DNA of 63,887 nt, the filler included, from Stramenopiles sp. TOSAG23-3 (lineage: Eukaryota): assembly GCA_900128585.1 (NCBI GenBank). It is 11 parts of 11 records of this genome, joined end to end, with 100 filler letters (N's around TTAATTAATTAA, not from the genome) between each part and the next. Parts side by side here need not be neighbours in the genome. Positions count along the whole stretch, not along the records: positions 46,529 to 55,703 come from LT642945.1; positions 55,804 to 57,342 come from LT645715.1; positions 57,443 to 58,980 come from LT645716.1; positions 59,081 to 60,616 come from LT645717.1; positions 60,717 to 62,252 come from LT645718.1; positions 62,353 to 63,887 come from LT645719.1; 5 more parts are not named here. The stretch is one strand, 5' to 3'. A model generated the notes under the pieces. That model was not told where the DNA came from, made no database searches, and was given only the letters and a program-made list of their open reading frames with translations. Position 1 is the stretch's first letter. Each line of letters starts with the position of its first letter. Of the stretch, positions 50,926 through 62,365 are shown one piece after another. The translations under genes and the position numbers were made by a program.

Positions 50926-51747
50926 TTAACTTTGCTTTTTTCCTTTGCTACTATTATTGGCTGGGGCCGATGCGCTAATCTCTGCCTTTGCCAGCGCCTT
51001 TTGAGCAGCTTCAACAGATGCGCTTTTTGGTAACTTTGCCTTGGAAACGTTCTCCATCCAAGGAATCTCCTTTTTTTTCGAGTTCAACGGTTTTACCCAG
51101 TTCGTTTCGTCATCTTGCTTGCAATTTTTACACAATGGCAACACTCCTCTTACACCAGACTTAGGCGTATGTGCTGCGTTTTCCGGCAGACCTACGTACC
51201 CACAATTCCAACATATACAAGCACGCCCCATGTTATTTTTGCTGGTCCCGTCCGGGTTGGCAGCAATTAAACCGAGGTACTTGTTTATACAGTTGGCACA
51301 CCGAACGCTATTCTCGAGCAGCTGGACCATTACAAACAGTTCACAAGCGTTGTGCAAATTCTTTGGCATATTTGGCTGGCCAAGCTCTTCGATCTTGGGC
51401 TCTATTTTTATGTTTGCAAACGTCGCCTTTATTTCAGCAGCCGCAGGATCATTTAAGTATATCTCTTTTGCCAATTTCTCGATTTCGGAGTCGGAAAGCG
51501 GTTCTTTCATACACTCCTCAAAGTCTGGGATATGATTTATGTCGTCCTGCTCCTTTTGAGTAGAAGCCGAGGGCGTCGTCTCCTTTACTAGCTCCTCCAC
51601 CAACTTGTCGTTCTCTTCAATGGTCATTGCCGGCTTTTTGATTACCCCAATCATCTTCATCGGGTCCATGTAGTCTGCTGGCGGCGCCGTTTCCGGCTCG
51701 TTTGCTGCCTCGCTTGCCTCGCTCCCTTCCTTTGCTAAACTCGCCAT
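50926..51747 (-). CDS. Hypothetical protein with CxxC zinc-binding motifs
   Basis: CANC, CWNC and CKNC in a 273-aa ATG ORF. Confidence 0.75.
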   Translation of the reverse strand: MASLAKEGSEASEAANEPETAPPADYMDPMKMIGVIKKPAMTIEENDKLVEELVKETTPSASTQKEQDDINHIPDFEECMKEPLSDSEIEKLAKEIYLNDPAAAEIKATFANIKIEPKIEELGQPNMPKNLHNACELFVMVQLLENSVRCANCINKYLGLIAANPDGTSKNNMGRACICWNCGYVGLPENAAHTPKSGVRGVLPLCKNCKQDDETNWVKPLNSKKKEIPWMENVSKAKLPKSASVEAAQKALAKAEISASAPANNSSKGKKQS

Positions 51748-52265
51748 TCTTCTGCTTCGTTGTATACTTCCTATACAGTGAACGTGGACGGAATACTATA
51801 TCACCCTGTGCTTTAAGACAAAAATGGCGTATTTTTTGTTTTAATTTGATATGTACTTTAAAAAAGTGAACTTTCTTTTCCTTTGCTTTGTGTAAAAAGA
51901 CATAAAAATAAAATCGGCGTAAGTGGAACATACACACCACCTCCAGAGCAGCAGAGAATCACCTCACTCACTCACTCCTCCTCAACTCGCCAAAACCACA
52001 AATCATTTCAGTGCTGTGTGTTGGTTGTACTTCATCACCATAAAATAAAAAAATCAATAAAAAAGAAGAAGAAGAAAGAAGAAAGGGTGATGAGCGTCTG
52101 AGTCTGAGCCACTATTAATAATATTAATAATATTAATTACCGGTATAATTAAGAGTTAAATAAGCAAAAAAAATACAACGTTAAACATGCATTAATTCTT
52201 ACGGTACATTACATTACTAAGTTGATATGATTGCTGGTTAAAAAAAGAAACACAAGAGACTATTA

Positions 52266-54860
52266 CTAATGATTGAACGATTTAATATGCGTTTCTACAA
52301 ACATCCTCAGGCATTCCGTCAAATATTCTTCTTCCTGGCAATGCTTATGGTGAGAAATCCGAATTATTGCTTCCGCAAAATCATGCAAATTGTACTTATT
52401 GTTGTATTGAGGTCTGCGCCCACCCCGCGCGTGTGCCTTTTGCATCAATATATCGGCCTCTGCGACAGGAAAATCCTCGGTGATGCACCCGGCATCTTTC
52501 AAAAAATGGTGAAACCCGTGGTCGTGCAGCAGCGGTTCGTTGTCGTCGTGGGAGTGGGAAACATAGTGATAAAACTGCTCCTCCAAGCTTGCCTGAATTT
52601 CATAAATGTATTGAGTCAACATCCACATTTCCATCTTCTCGTCGTGGTCATGAAGTAAATCTTGAATGTGCAGGTTGTACGGCGGTTTTTTCTTCGATCC
52701 ATCGTTATCATCCTGAGGGAGAAACCTTCGGTAGTGATCCCTTTCTTTTCTAGTCATGCTCAGGACGTCGCGTGTGTCTCGCAACGTTGCCGCTGTGTCG
52801 TTCAATCGCTCAGAGTATTCCAGAAGTTGCCGCCTGAGGGCTTCGATTTGTTCGTTCTGCTCTTTTCTTACCTGTTCCGCTTCTCTATTTCTATTCTCTA
52901 ATTCTGAAATTCTGGCTTCGTTTTCCGTCTTTGCATTGGACAAGCTATCAATATTGTTCTGCATGCTAGTAAGAATTTTGAAAGAGGTTTCTCTTTCTGC
53001 CTGGACTGTTGTTCTTAAATCCTGTATGACATTGTTGTTGTCCGTGTACTGCTGTTCTAAATCCCTGTTTCGCTGTGTCAACACGCCGCATCGCTCTTTC
53101 ATTTCGCGGCAGCTTTGGGCACTTTCATTCATTTCCCTTGCCGTTTTCAACAGCTGGGATGCAAGCCCGTCGGATTGCTCTTTGGCTTCCGTTAACTCTG
53201 TCGAGACTTTTTCCAGCCGCTTTTGGGCCGTTTGCGACCTTTGGATTTCCGAGCCGAGGGTGTTATGGTACTCGTCTAATTCCCGGGCCATCCCTGCGAG
53301 AATTTTTGGCCCCAGGATACGGGTGACCCGAGTCTGTTGGTGCCCATTGATGCCAACAGCGTGGTGGGAACCAAACCCCCTTGGTAACTTTTGGCCAGGG
53401 GCTTTTGATGCCTTGTAATCAATACGGGGGACCAAGGTGCACAGCAGATCAGCCGTGGGATTTCTTCCCTTGGCCTTTACCCAAGAGGGCACCGCGCCGC
53501 GCCATTTTGTGCCTATGATTCCTATCATCACTGCGTAGTCAGACATCCTCAGACCTTCTATCCTTTTCCGCTTTGCGACTTCACTTTCGTCGATGACAAA
53601 CTCGCAGACGAGCGCATCCAATTTTCCCTGAATGGATCGTTTGTTGATGTAATTCGTGATTTGCATTACCTTGCGGCGCAAGTCGTCTGATATTTTCTCA
53701 TCTTTCGTCGGCTCCACGCGCGGTTTGGGTCGTGGGACCCGGCCAATCATTCGTTCCATATTTAGCGTTTTCGAGGACAAGTCGGTTGCTTCGTTGGAAT
53801 ATCTCAGGGCAAATGTTTCGCAAGCTGCCCGTGCGGTCGAAGGATCGTTGATAAAGACGACGATGTATCTAGTGTCATTGTACGCCGGGACAAACTCTTG
53901 GATAGCAACCACGCAGTCATCGTTTTCCCCAGGGCCTTTCCCCCCCTGCGAGGAATGCTCTTGCAAATCGCAGAAAAAAAGCTCCAGCCCTCTCGTGTCT
54001 ACCAAATCTGCACTGGACTTTCTTCTCAGGACAGACATTGGATGGTAACTCCCGGCACGCCGTTCCCTGCATGTCGTGAGTTTGCTTTTTATGTGGTGCC
54101 TCGTCAGCATGGAGCTTGGTCTTTTCCTAACCAGCCCGCGGCGGTCGTTCGTGAACCATGATACAAACGTACCATTATCGGTGAAGAATATTGTCTCTGG
54201 GATTCTAATTGGCACACCTACTCCTTTGATATGTGGGTTCAATGGACACAGCAAGCTAAACATTCCCCACATTGTCTCTCCCCTCACATGCATTTGCCTG
54301 GGTTGATGAATGCTGTTCATATCAACAGCGCTAGATGGACGCTGCCGAGGCATTCTCACCCGCCTGCCAGCAGTGACGGGGCGGTGCGATCGTCTGTTTT
54401 CTTTTGCTGTAGATGGGCGATTGAATGACTGGTGGCGCTTTGATCCACTGGCAGTGCCTTTGGTTTTCGATATAGCAGATTGCCTTGCGTATGCTGTACT
54501 TGGCCGTTGCCTACTTTGGGTACTGCTGAACACTCTCTTTGTTTTCGAATGCCCTGCGTCATTGTTTGATAAGGAAGTCGGCGGTTGATACGTCGTTCTC
54601 TCGCTTTTGTTGCCATCCTCCTGTTTCGTTCTCTCGACTAATATTATTTTTTCAGACCCATTGTCACTCCCGCCTTCTCCCGTTTCGACACCCGCAATTA
54701 GTTCACTCATTTCCACCACCGCCGATGAGGAGCTGTTCCTGATCCCATTGCCATCGTTTGTCTGCCCGCCCTCTAGCACATCCTCCTCCTCTCCGATCGA
54801 AGTGTAAGCTTCAGAAGTCGACGTGTCCTCCGAATGTTCCGATAAACTGTTCGTATCCAT
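52266..54860 (-). CDS. Large protein: disordered N-terminus, possible degenerate ATP-grasp-like region, coiled coil and helical C-terminal domain
   Basis: 864-aa ORF; IPETIF..IQEFV..EFVID motifs; heptad region; C-terminal DFAEAIIRISH. Confidence 0.75.
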   Translation of the reverse strand: MDTNSLSEHSEDTSTSEAYTSIGEEEDVLEGGQTNDGNGIRNSSSSAVVEMSELIAGVETGEGGSDNGSEKIILVERTKQEDGNKSERTTYQPPTSLSNNDAGHSKTKRVFSSTQSRQRPSTAYARQSAISKTKGTASGSKRHQSFNRPSTAKENRRSHRPVTAGRRVRMPRQRPSSAVDMNSIHQPRQMHVRGETMWGMFSLLCPLNPHIKGVGVPIRIPETIFFTDNGTFVSWFTNDRRGLVRKRPSSMLTRHHIKSKLTTCRERRAGSYHPMSVLRRKSSADLVDTRGLELFFCDLQEHSSQGGKGPGENDDCVVAIQEFVPAYNDTRYIVVFINDPSTARAACETFALRYSNEATDLSSKTLNMERMIGRVPRPKPRVEPTKDEKISDDLRRKVMQITNYINKRSIQGKLDALVCEFVIDESEVAKRKRIEGLRMSDYAVMIGIIGTKWRGAVPSWVKAKGRNPTADLLCTLVPRIDYKASKAPGQKLPRGFGSHHAVGINGHQQTRVTRILGPKILAGMARELDEYHNTLGSEIQRSQTAQKRLEKVSTELTEAKEQSDGLASQLLKTAREMNESAQSCREMKERCGVLTQRNRDLEQQYTDNNNVIQDLRTTVQAERETSFKILTSMQNNIDSLSNAKTENEARISELENRNREAEQVRKEQNEQIEALRRQLLEYSERLNDTAATLRDTRDVLSMTRKERDHYRRFLPQDDNDGSKKKPPYNLHIQDLLHDHDEKMEMWMLTQYIYEIQASLEEQFYHYVSHSHDDNEPLLHDHGFHHFLKDAGCITEDFPVAEADILMQKAHARGGRRPQYNNKYNLHDFAEAIIRISHHKHCQEEEYLTECLRMFVETHIKSFNH

Positions 54861-55273
54861 GTTCTCCTTTTGTCAACAAGGGCGCGTCCCACGTTCTTTT
54901 TTTCTTTCTTTCGTACAAAATCAATCAATATCAAATCATATACGTTTTTTATATTTACAAACATTAATTCACTCATTTTATTCTTCTTCAACCCACACCC
55001 CACATACGAATATTTGGTTAAAAAAATTATAACATTATAAAAAATAAATTATATAGGTGAAACGGTTCATTAGTTAACAGGCACACAGCTCCTTGGTATT
55101 ATATTGCATTTAGATTTTTATTTAAAAATCACAGCAAAGGAGCAATAGAGAAGAATAAGAGTCAATAAAATAATTAAAAAAGAAGAGAAGCTTTGGCTCC
55201 TCCATTTTTGTCTCTTCGAACGCCCGCTCCCTAAGGCGGCTCCTTGGGCCCACGGTCGAGGGTGTGGTGATTT

Positions 55274-55297
55274 TAAAAACAAGAAAATTGGCTGTTA
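55274..55297 (-). mobile_element. Short family-A fragment downstream of a gene 3' end
   Basis: AAAAACAAGAAAATTGGCTGTTA. Confidence 0.75.
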
Positions 55298-55440
55298 CAA
55301 TATTTTTAATAATGGGGAATTAATAATTACGGAGAAGGAGTTGATGTTGTTCTGTTCTGTCAGAAGAATAGGATATAGTCAGCACGCAAGTAGTAATAAT
55401 ACATTCTAATATAGAACACAACAACTGGGGTAAATTTTTA

Positions 55441-55703
55441 TTACGATACATTACTGATCAAATCAAAACATCGTTGAACTACAAATTCGAGCATATGAAG
55501 ATCTTTCTTTTTGTTTGTGTCTGCCTTTTCAGCATTCCACCGAACCCCTCCCGCAGCAAGGGGAAGAAGGGACTGAATGCTTGCCCCAAAGACGTCTCCG
55601 TCGGTAAATGAATAGGCTCCACAGAATAAGAAAAGCAGCAGGCCGAACAGGTACACTGTCCCAATGCAGATAGCTGCAACAATTTGTTCGGTTGACAAAG
55701 ATA
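55441..55703 (-). CDS. C-terminus of a membrane protein, 5'-partial
   Basis: Hydrophobic ORF running from the contig edge. Confidence 0.5.
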
Positions 55704-55803
55704 NNNNNNNNNNNNNNNNNNNNNNNNNNNNNNNNNNNNNNNNNNNNTTAATTAATTAANNNNNNNNNNNNNNNNNNNNNNNNNNNNNNNNNNNNNNNNN
55801 NNN

Positions 55804-56766
55804 ACTCATACGTGTCGTGACGACCAGGCCTGGTGGGAAGTTGACTTGGGAGCGAACGCGGTCATCGAGCGGATCGTGCTCTGGAATCGCACGGATTCCC
55901 CCACCGACAAAGGCCAGCCTCAAGATTACTTTACCAAGAGGCTGTTCCCGGTGTGGGTCATAATAAGTTCGAAAGAAATCCCCGATGACCGCGAGGAAGG
56001 TTTAGACGCAGCGCTCGAGGAGGCAGACTGTGCAAGGAAGTTTACGGAGAACGTCCGGTGTTCCGAGTGGACTGTTCCCGTCAACACGACGGGACGGTAC
56101 ATTCGACTGCAGCTGGAGAAGAAGAACTTTCTACATTTTTCCCAGCTGGAAGTTTTTGGAAATTGGGGACGCGCGCATAGACCCATTCACGCGGTGGAGT
56201 GTGGCCGCGACGTCACTGTGGCCGTTGTCCACCCGTCAAGCGTTAAACGGGACATTGAGGAAGCGTACCTGAAGACCGTAAAAGCCGATGCCCACGCCGG
56301 CATACTGTTGCGGCAGTACGAAACGTTTCAGCCTTACTATGATAGGTTCAAAGTGGGCGAGAATATTCAGGGTGCCTGCATCCTGTGCACCGCAATGCCC
56401 CCTGATATGAAGTGCGAGATCTGCACGCTGCATAAGAACTGGCCGACCAGCATTGCCAAGGGCGACGAGCAGTACCCGAACCGAAAGAAATTGTCCCACA
56501 TCGCCCACCTGCTAATGGACGAAGAGATACCGAAGCTCGGATGGCATGAGCCGTGGTACCCCCCCAGACGTGGCTGCAAACAGAACCTGTACAAATTTGG
56601 ACAATGGTGGCAAAAGCAAAGAGAAGGGGGCTACCAACCGACGTGGGAAGAGGTGGCGCAGAAGGCGGCTTTGCTGGACGAGTTCTCGAAGGAAGCATAT
56701 GAGCGGGACAAAGAATTGTACGGGGAAGAGGAGTGGAGCAACGATAGCGATGACGAGGGCCGGTAG
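55804..56766 (+). CDS. F-type lectin/F5-8 type C-like domain protein, 5'-partial
   Basis: HT....AWWEVDLG..IERIVLWNRTD and GRYIRLQL..LHFSQLEVFG. Confidence 0.75.
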   Translation, partial: THTCRDDQAWWEVDLGANAVIERIVLWNRTDSPTDKGQPQDYFTKRLFPVWVIISSKEIPDDREEGLDAALEEADCARKFTENVRCSEWTVPVNTTGRYIRLQLEKKNFLHFSQLEVFGNWGRAHRPIHAVECGRDVTVAVVHPSSVKRDIEEAYLKTVKADAHAGILLRQYETFQPYYDRFKVGENIQGACILCTAMPPDMKCEICTLHKNWPTSIAKGDEQYPNRKKLSHIAHLLMDEEIPKLGWHEPWYPPRRGCKQNLYKFGQWWQKQREGGYQPTWEEVAQKAALLDEFSKEAYERDKELYGEEEWSNDSDDEGR

Positions 56767-57442
56767 TCGTGTCGTTCTTTTTCTTGGGGAAATTTCGTTT
56801 TTATACTACTAATAAAAAAAAACCATGTATTTATTTGCTAATGCTATTCAATGTAAATTTTATCGTTTTTGTTAAAAAATAAAAAGACGACCGTCGTTGT
56901 TTTCCTTTAAGTAAAATGCCATGGTAGGGACCTGTTCTACAAAGTGGTCAGTGTCCTTGGCGCGAATAAAAATCCGACTCGATTTTCAAAGTATGGAAGC
57001 ATTCCGACAGAAATTGTCAATAGAAGGCAAGAAGGACCCCTAAATCCATAAGTTTAGATCAGGCAATCGTTCCGCACGCCACGCCTGGACCGGAACGAAC
57101 GTTTATAAATTGTTTGACCTCTAATGACTTGGAATTGTGGTTCCTAGGGACAATTTTTTGTGAAATGGACGATTTCGACCAAACGCTACCCGAACATTTA
57201 CTTATTTCTTTGTTGGGACTGAAAAAACGAGTGGTACGGGCATAATTTAGTACATCTGAAAAGACTTTTGAACGGTTGAAATAGTAAAAATTATACTTTT
57301 TTCGTAAAGATCTCTTCATCTCAAATAGTTTACACAAAGTCGNNNNNNNNNNNNNNNNNNNNNNNNNNNNNNNNNNNNNNNNNNNNTTAATTAATTAANN
57401 NNNNNNNNNNNNNNNNNNNNNNNNNNNNNNNNNNNNNNNNNN

Positions 57443-58980
57443 GAAAAGTTTTCTGGTTTATCCTTAAAGTACTCTCTGATTTGCCAATATCCAGGCTCTA
57501 AATGTACTTCACGTGCTGGATCATCTGTAAAGAGAGCCAAACCACCTGAACAATGTCCAACAGAGCTACAAGAAGATTCAAAACTATTGCATTTGCACAT
57601 TGTTCCTTTTGGGCACTTTGTACACTGAATGGCAAATGTTTCTAAACCTTGAAGCATTTCAACTTTAACATCAACAGCAGAGGATAAGGAATGACGTGAA
57701 ATTGCTGAAGTAATATATGATTGGGTTACTACTTCATTTACAACTGTAGTATTTTCACACTGTTGCTGTGTTACAACTCCTGTGGTCCCTACTTTCAAGT
57801 ATCCAAAGAAAGTTGATGGACATTCACATCGATCGTGAGAACCAGTTGCCAAGGCTAAGTTGCCGGGACATTCAGATGGAGTTAGTGTACCTTCGCTACA
57901 AAACTCAAGACTAGTGCATTCAGTAATCAGTGAAGGTGTTTGACATGCAAAATTTGCAGGACATGGAGATTTGGTGAATGATCCATCATTGCAAAAAAGT
58001 GTTGATCCATCTGGCAACAAAGGGCACGATACTTGCGTTTTGGAATCTGGGCAAAATGTTCCTTTTGGACATTTTAGGGGTCCAAAAACACCAGTGCCTT
58101 CTGGGCAATAATATGCAGTCTTATACAGCAATTCATCATTTTTAAGAGCAATGCGAGTATTCGGACTTGAAAAATCATTAAATAGAAGCTGAGTTGTTGT
58201 GACATTTGATAATATACCCACAAATGAATAGCTTGTTGAAGAACTTGAAGTGTTTCGAGTGTAAACCCTATCACCAGTATCAAAAATATTCATTGCTCCG
58301 TTCCCTTTAATTGTAATTTTTTTGGCTCCACTATTTGCTGCTTCATCCACTCGCAAACCAGTGTTGGAGTCATTTATTGGATTTGTAGGATCTACCACCA
58401 CATCATTTAGTCCATCGCATGAGTATTTAAATTTTCCTTCCTCACAGTAATAACCAGCTGGGCATTTTTGTGGTTCAACATTACTACCTGGGCAATACCA
58501 AGCAGTTTCAGCATTCTGTAAGGAAGAATCTGGATTTGACGAGTCCCAGATGCATGATTTCTTTTGCGTGGGAGTAGGACAGTACCAGCCAGCTGGGCAA
58601 GTATTGCTTTTAAAAGAGCCTTCTGGACAAAAACTACCTACTATAGTGCATTCTATCTGCTCTGTAGCCGTTGGGCAATAATGACCACTCAGACAAAGGT
58701 TTGGCGACATAGTTCCACTGGGGCAGAAATATCCAATATTGTCATAGTCGGTTATTGGGTTAGACAAATCTACAGGATCATCAATTGGTGCAGAACAAGA
58801 ATACTTAAATTTGCCCTCTTCACAGTAAAATCCTTCAGGGCACATCTGAGGATAATCATTTCCACCTGAACAAAGCCAAGCGGTGGTGGAGTTTATCAGA
58901 GTCTGATCAACATTATTTGTGTTCCAAACACACGACTTCCTTGTTTTTGCTCCTGGGCAATACGAACCTGGTGGACACTT
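57443..58980 (-). CDS. Cysteine-rich repeat surface protein (CPxGxYC repeats), internal fragment
   Basis: Many CPAGYYC/CPEG repeats; the frame runs to the contig edge. Confidence 0.8.
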
Positions 58981-59080
58981 NNNNNNNNNNNNNNNNNNNN
59001 NNNNNNNNNNNNNNNNNNNNNNNNTTAATTAATTAANNNNNNNNNNNNNNNNNNNNNNNNNNNNNNNNNNNNNNNNNNNN

Positions 59081-59655
59081 CCAGCACGAACGCGGAAGTG
59101 CTGCTGATATCCAAGATTGGGGACACCTCCATCGATCTTCCAGAATGTCAAGTCATTATTCAGATCTCATCCCATGGTGGGTCCCGGCGACAAGAGGCGC
59201 AGCGCCTTGGTCGTGTAATCCGCCCAAAGCCAGGACAAGACCCCGAAAACAAAGAGCCTAATGCGTACTTTTACTCGCTTATTTCGCAAGGCACCAGAGA
59301 GGTCTACCACAACTACAACCGGCAGCGGTATTTGGTTGACCAAGGGTACCCGTATACCGTTCTGGATGGGGCCGACTTCCTCGACTCCGACGTGTACGAT
59401 TACAAAGATGCCCCAAAGACCGTGAAGGACCTCGCCGAGGACGAGGAGGTGCGGTTGCAACTGTTGGAGACCGTCCTCAACACCAGCTTTAACCAAGACG
59501 ATAAAATAGGCAATGACGTGGACGCCGATATGTTGGAGGACGATGACAACTACGCTCCCTTTTCAAGCACCGCGAGGCGTTCGCGGGGAAGGTTGAATCA
59601 CTTAAGCGATGTAAATGGGAACTTGGAATATTACGAGCAAAACAGAAAAAGGTGA
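59081..59655 (+). CDS. ERCC3: TFIIH helicase XPB C-terminus, 5'-partial
   Basis: [48 protein letters not shown]. Confidence 0.9.
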
Positions 59656-60538
59656 AGATACAATCCCCGGTGAGATTACGAGGTTTTTTTTTTATTAAAA
59701 GAGCATCTTGTTAATATTAAAAAAATGAAATGAAAGTCATCAAGGCTAAGGTATCTATATCAATGGAATCATCAGATCACTCTGAATTGTTAATTTGAAA
59801 TATGTATGATATTTATCAAAAACATATTTATTTTTTTATTGTTTATTATTATAATTATTATTAGAGAGTGTGATGGAATGTATATTTACCTTATTTTTTT
59901 TTTTTTTTAAATCCATTTTTTTTAGAGATTTCTTGTTTCCCAATAAGACTACCGTATTAATATTATACGAACTACGAGGCATACACTGACATTCATAATA
60001 AATAACAAATTAACAAATGTTTAATAGAAAATGAATGGTCCGTCCGTCCGTCCATCAAATCATAAAAAAGAAATAATGAACAATTAAGGATATGAATTTC
60101 ATATATATTAAATAAGTATCTGTTAATCTCAGGAAAAAGTAGTGTCCATTTTGTATAATGAAGATTTTTGTCTTCGCGATGAAATATTTGTTGCTTGAGG
60201 ACATCAATACTATAATACACTATAACCCTTAATATATTGATTGATTGACAGGAAAAAAAGAAGAAGAAATGCGCCATTTTTTTGATGTAAATATCTTATT
60301 ATATTAAGGATATTTAATTATATATAAATGTAAATATACTGTTTTAAATAAGTATACAGTATGATTTAATTATTAAAACATTATGAGTATTTATATTGAT
60401 ATTATAAGAATTACCTTACTATTTTATTGAGTTTGATGAAAGAAAAAAGCACAAAAAAAAGCCTAGCCCCCAGACCACACAGCAGGAGAGATGAAGAAGG
60501 ACAAATACAATTCAACAACAAACAATATGATGATGTGA

Positions 60539-60539
60539 T

Positions 60540-60615
<76 letters not shown>

Positions 60616-60616
60616 T
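60539..60616. repeat. (TTTC)n microsatellite at contig end
   Basis: Direct reading. Confidence 0.95.
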
Positions 60617-62069
60617 NNNNNNNNNNNNNNNNNNNNNNNNNNNNNNNNNNNNNNNNNNNNTTAATTAATTAANNNNNNNNNNNNNNNNNNNNNNNNNNNN
60701 NNNNNNNNNNNNNNNNGTCGCAACCACGCTCGTCCCTCTTTCTTCATCGTTTTGGATGCCAAAGTAGTTTGTACAAATTCCTTTCTTCTTGAAGAAATTT
60801 GCGAAATTTGAAGCGATTTTCTCAAACGATCCTTCCCTGTGTGCATGTATTGTATAATTTAGTACAGGAATAGCATAGGTAACTCTTTCAGTTGCATGCT
60901 ATGACTATCTTAATGATATATTAACATAGAAATAACATTGTGATCTTCCTTTGTTTGTAGTTGATGGGTACACCGTACAATTGTATACAACTAATAAGTA
61001 CGCTCAATCGTAAACGTTCAAATGGAATCATTTTGTATACAAACTAGTTGTACTTAATGTACAATGAGGTTCTATCTAATATAATTGTGGCCAGAAACGA
61101 TTCTTCAATTTTTGATAGGGACTTAGAATACGATATATTCATTACAAGTACGAATTCTATTGTTTCGAATCGATTTTAATACAAATCATTTGATAGGAAG
61201 GATTAAGGATTACAAAATACAAAATGAAATACTCTGCATTGCTTTTTTTGTTAGTATTTTCCATTGTCTTTTCTTCAATCAATCAAATCAAAGCACAGTT
61301 GCAATGGTCACATCAGTTGCTCTAGTTAGGGTTGATCTCAATTGGATCGTATTCTGCTCTTGTGGAGAATATAGAACCACGGGGGAACACGGGAACACGG
61401 GAACACTGGAGAACTGAAACTGGGGAAGAAGAAACGATGATGGAAAAAAGGGGGATTTCTATTTTGAGATTTTGGGTTTTGGGTTTTCTAGTTGTCTAGT
61501 CGTTTGTTGTTTGTTGCGTTTACTGATGAGAGCAGAGCTGAGAGCTGAGAGATGAGAGCTGAGAGCTGAGAGATGAGAGGTCTAGTTGTCATCTACGCAG
61601 GAGGCTGTCGTTTAGAAATTATGTTCGAATGGAATTGGGAAGTTCAGGATATGTAAATGACTTCGTATAGAATTCAATTTGTTTTTTATTGCTTACTCTT
61701 TTGTAATGGATAACATGGTATGTTTGAACAGTTCAAAAAGACTGGAAATCTCAAAAGATGATGATTTCATCTATAAATTGTTCTTTGTCTCCTTCCTTCC
61801 TCTTCCTTCCTTCCTTCCTTCCTTTCTTCCTTTCTTCCTTTCTTCCCTCTTTCCTACACGCAACCAGCAGCAGGTAATAAAGAAAAACAACTACTATTAC
61901 TAACTAATAATAATTAAACGAATACGATTTAAGCCCTTTCTTCTTGCACGAAGAAATCCCCTTCCACTATAGCGTACACAAATATGTATTTAAACTTTCA
62001 CGCCCCTGAGTCTTACGCCAACCTTTCCTACCAAGATACGTACGCGTGGGAGGAAGCCTTTGACCCAAA

Positions 62070-62252
62070 ATGCGGTTCCAAAGGCGACGACCGAGCGAAC
62101 TTGCTCTAGTTGCGTGCATTTGCCAACTGTTGCTCTTTGCAGCCGTAAGCGACAACCGATGTGAACGCCAGTTCACATGTGGTCGGTGCTTGCAGGTCCC
62201 TGGGTGTGGTTGGTGCGACGGGTTCCGGTACAAACTGTGCCACCTGGAGAAT
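62070..62252 (+). CDS. N-terminus of a secreted PSI-domain protein, 3'-partial
   Basis: Signal peptide, then C...TC..CL..PGCGWC.....C. Confidence 0.6.
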
Positions 62253-62365
62253 NNNNNNNNNNNNNNNNNNNNNNNNNNNNNNNNNNNNNNNNNNNNTTAA
62301 TTAATTAANNNNNNNNNNNNNNNNNNNNNNNNNNNNNNNNNNNNNNNNNNNNTTAAGAGTACATT

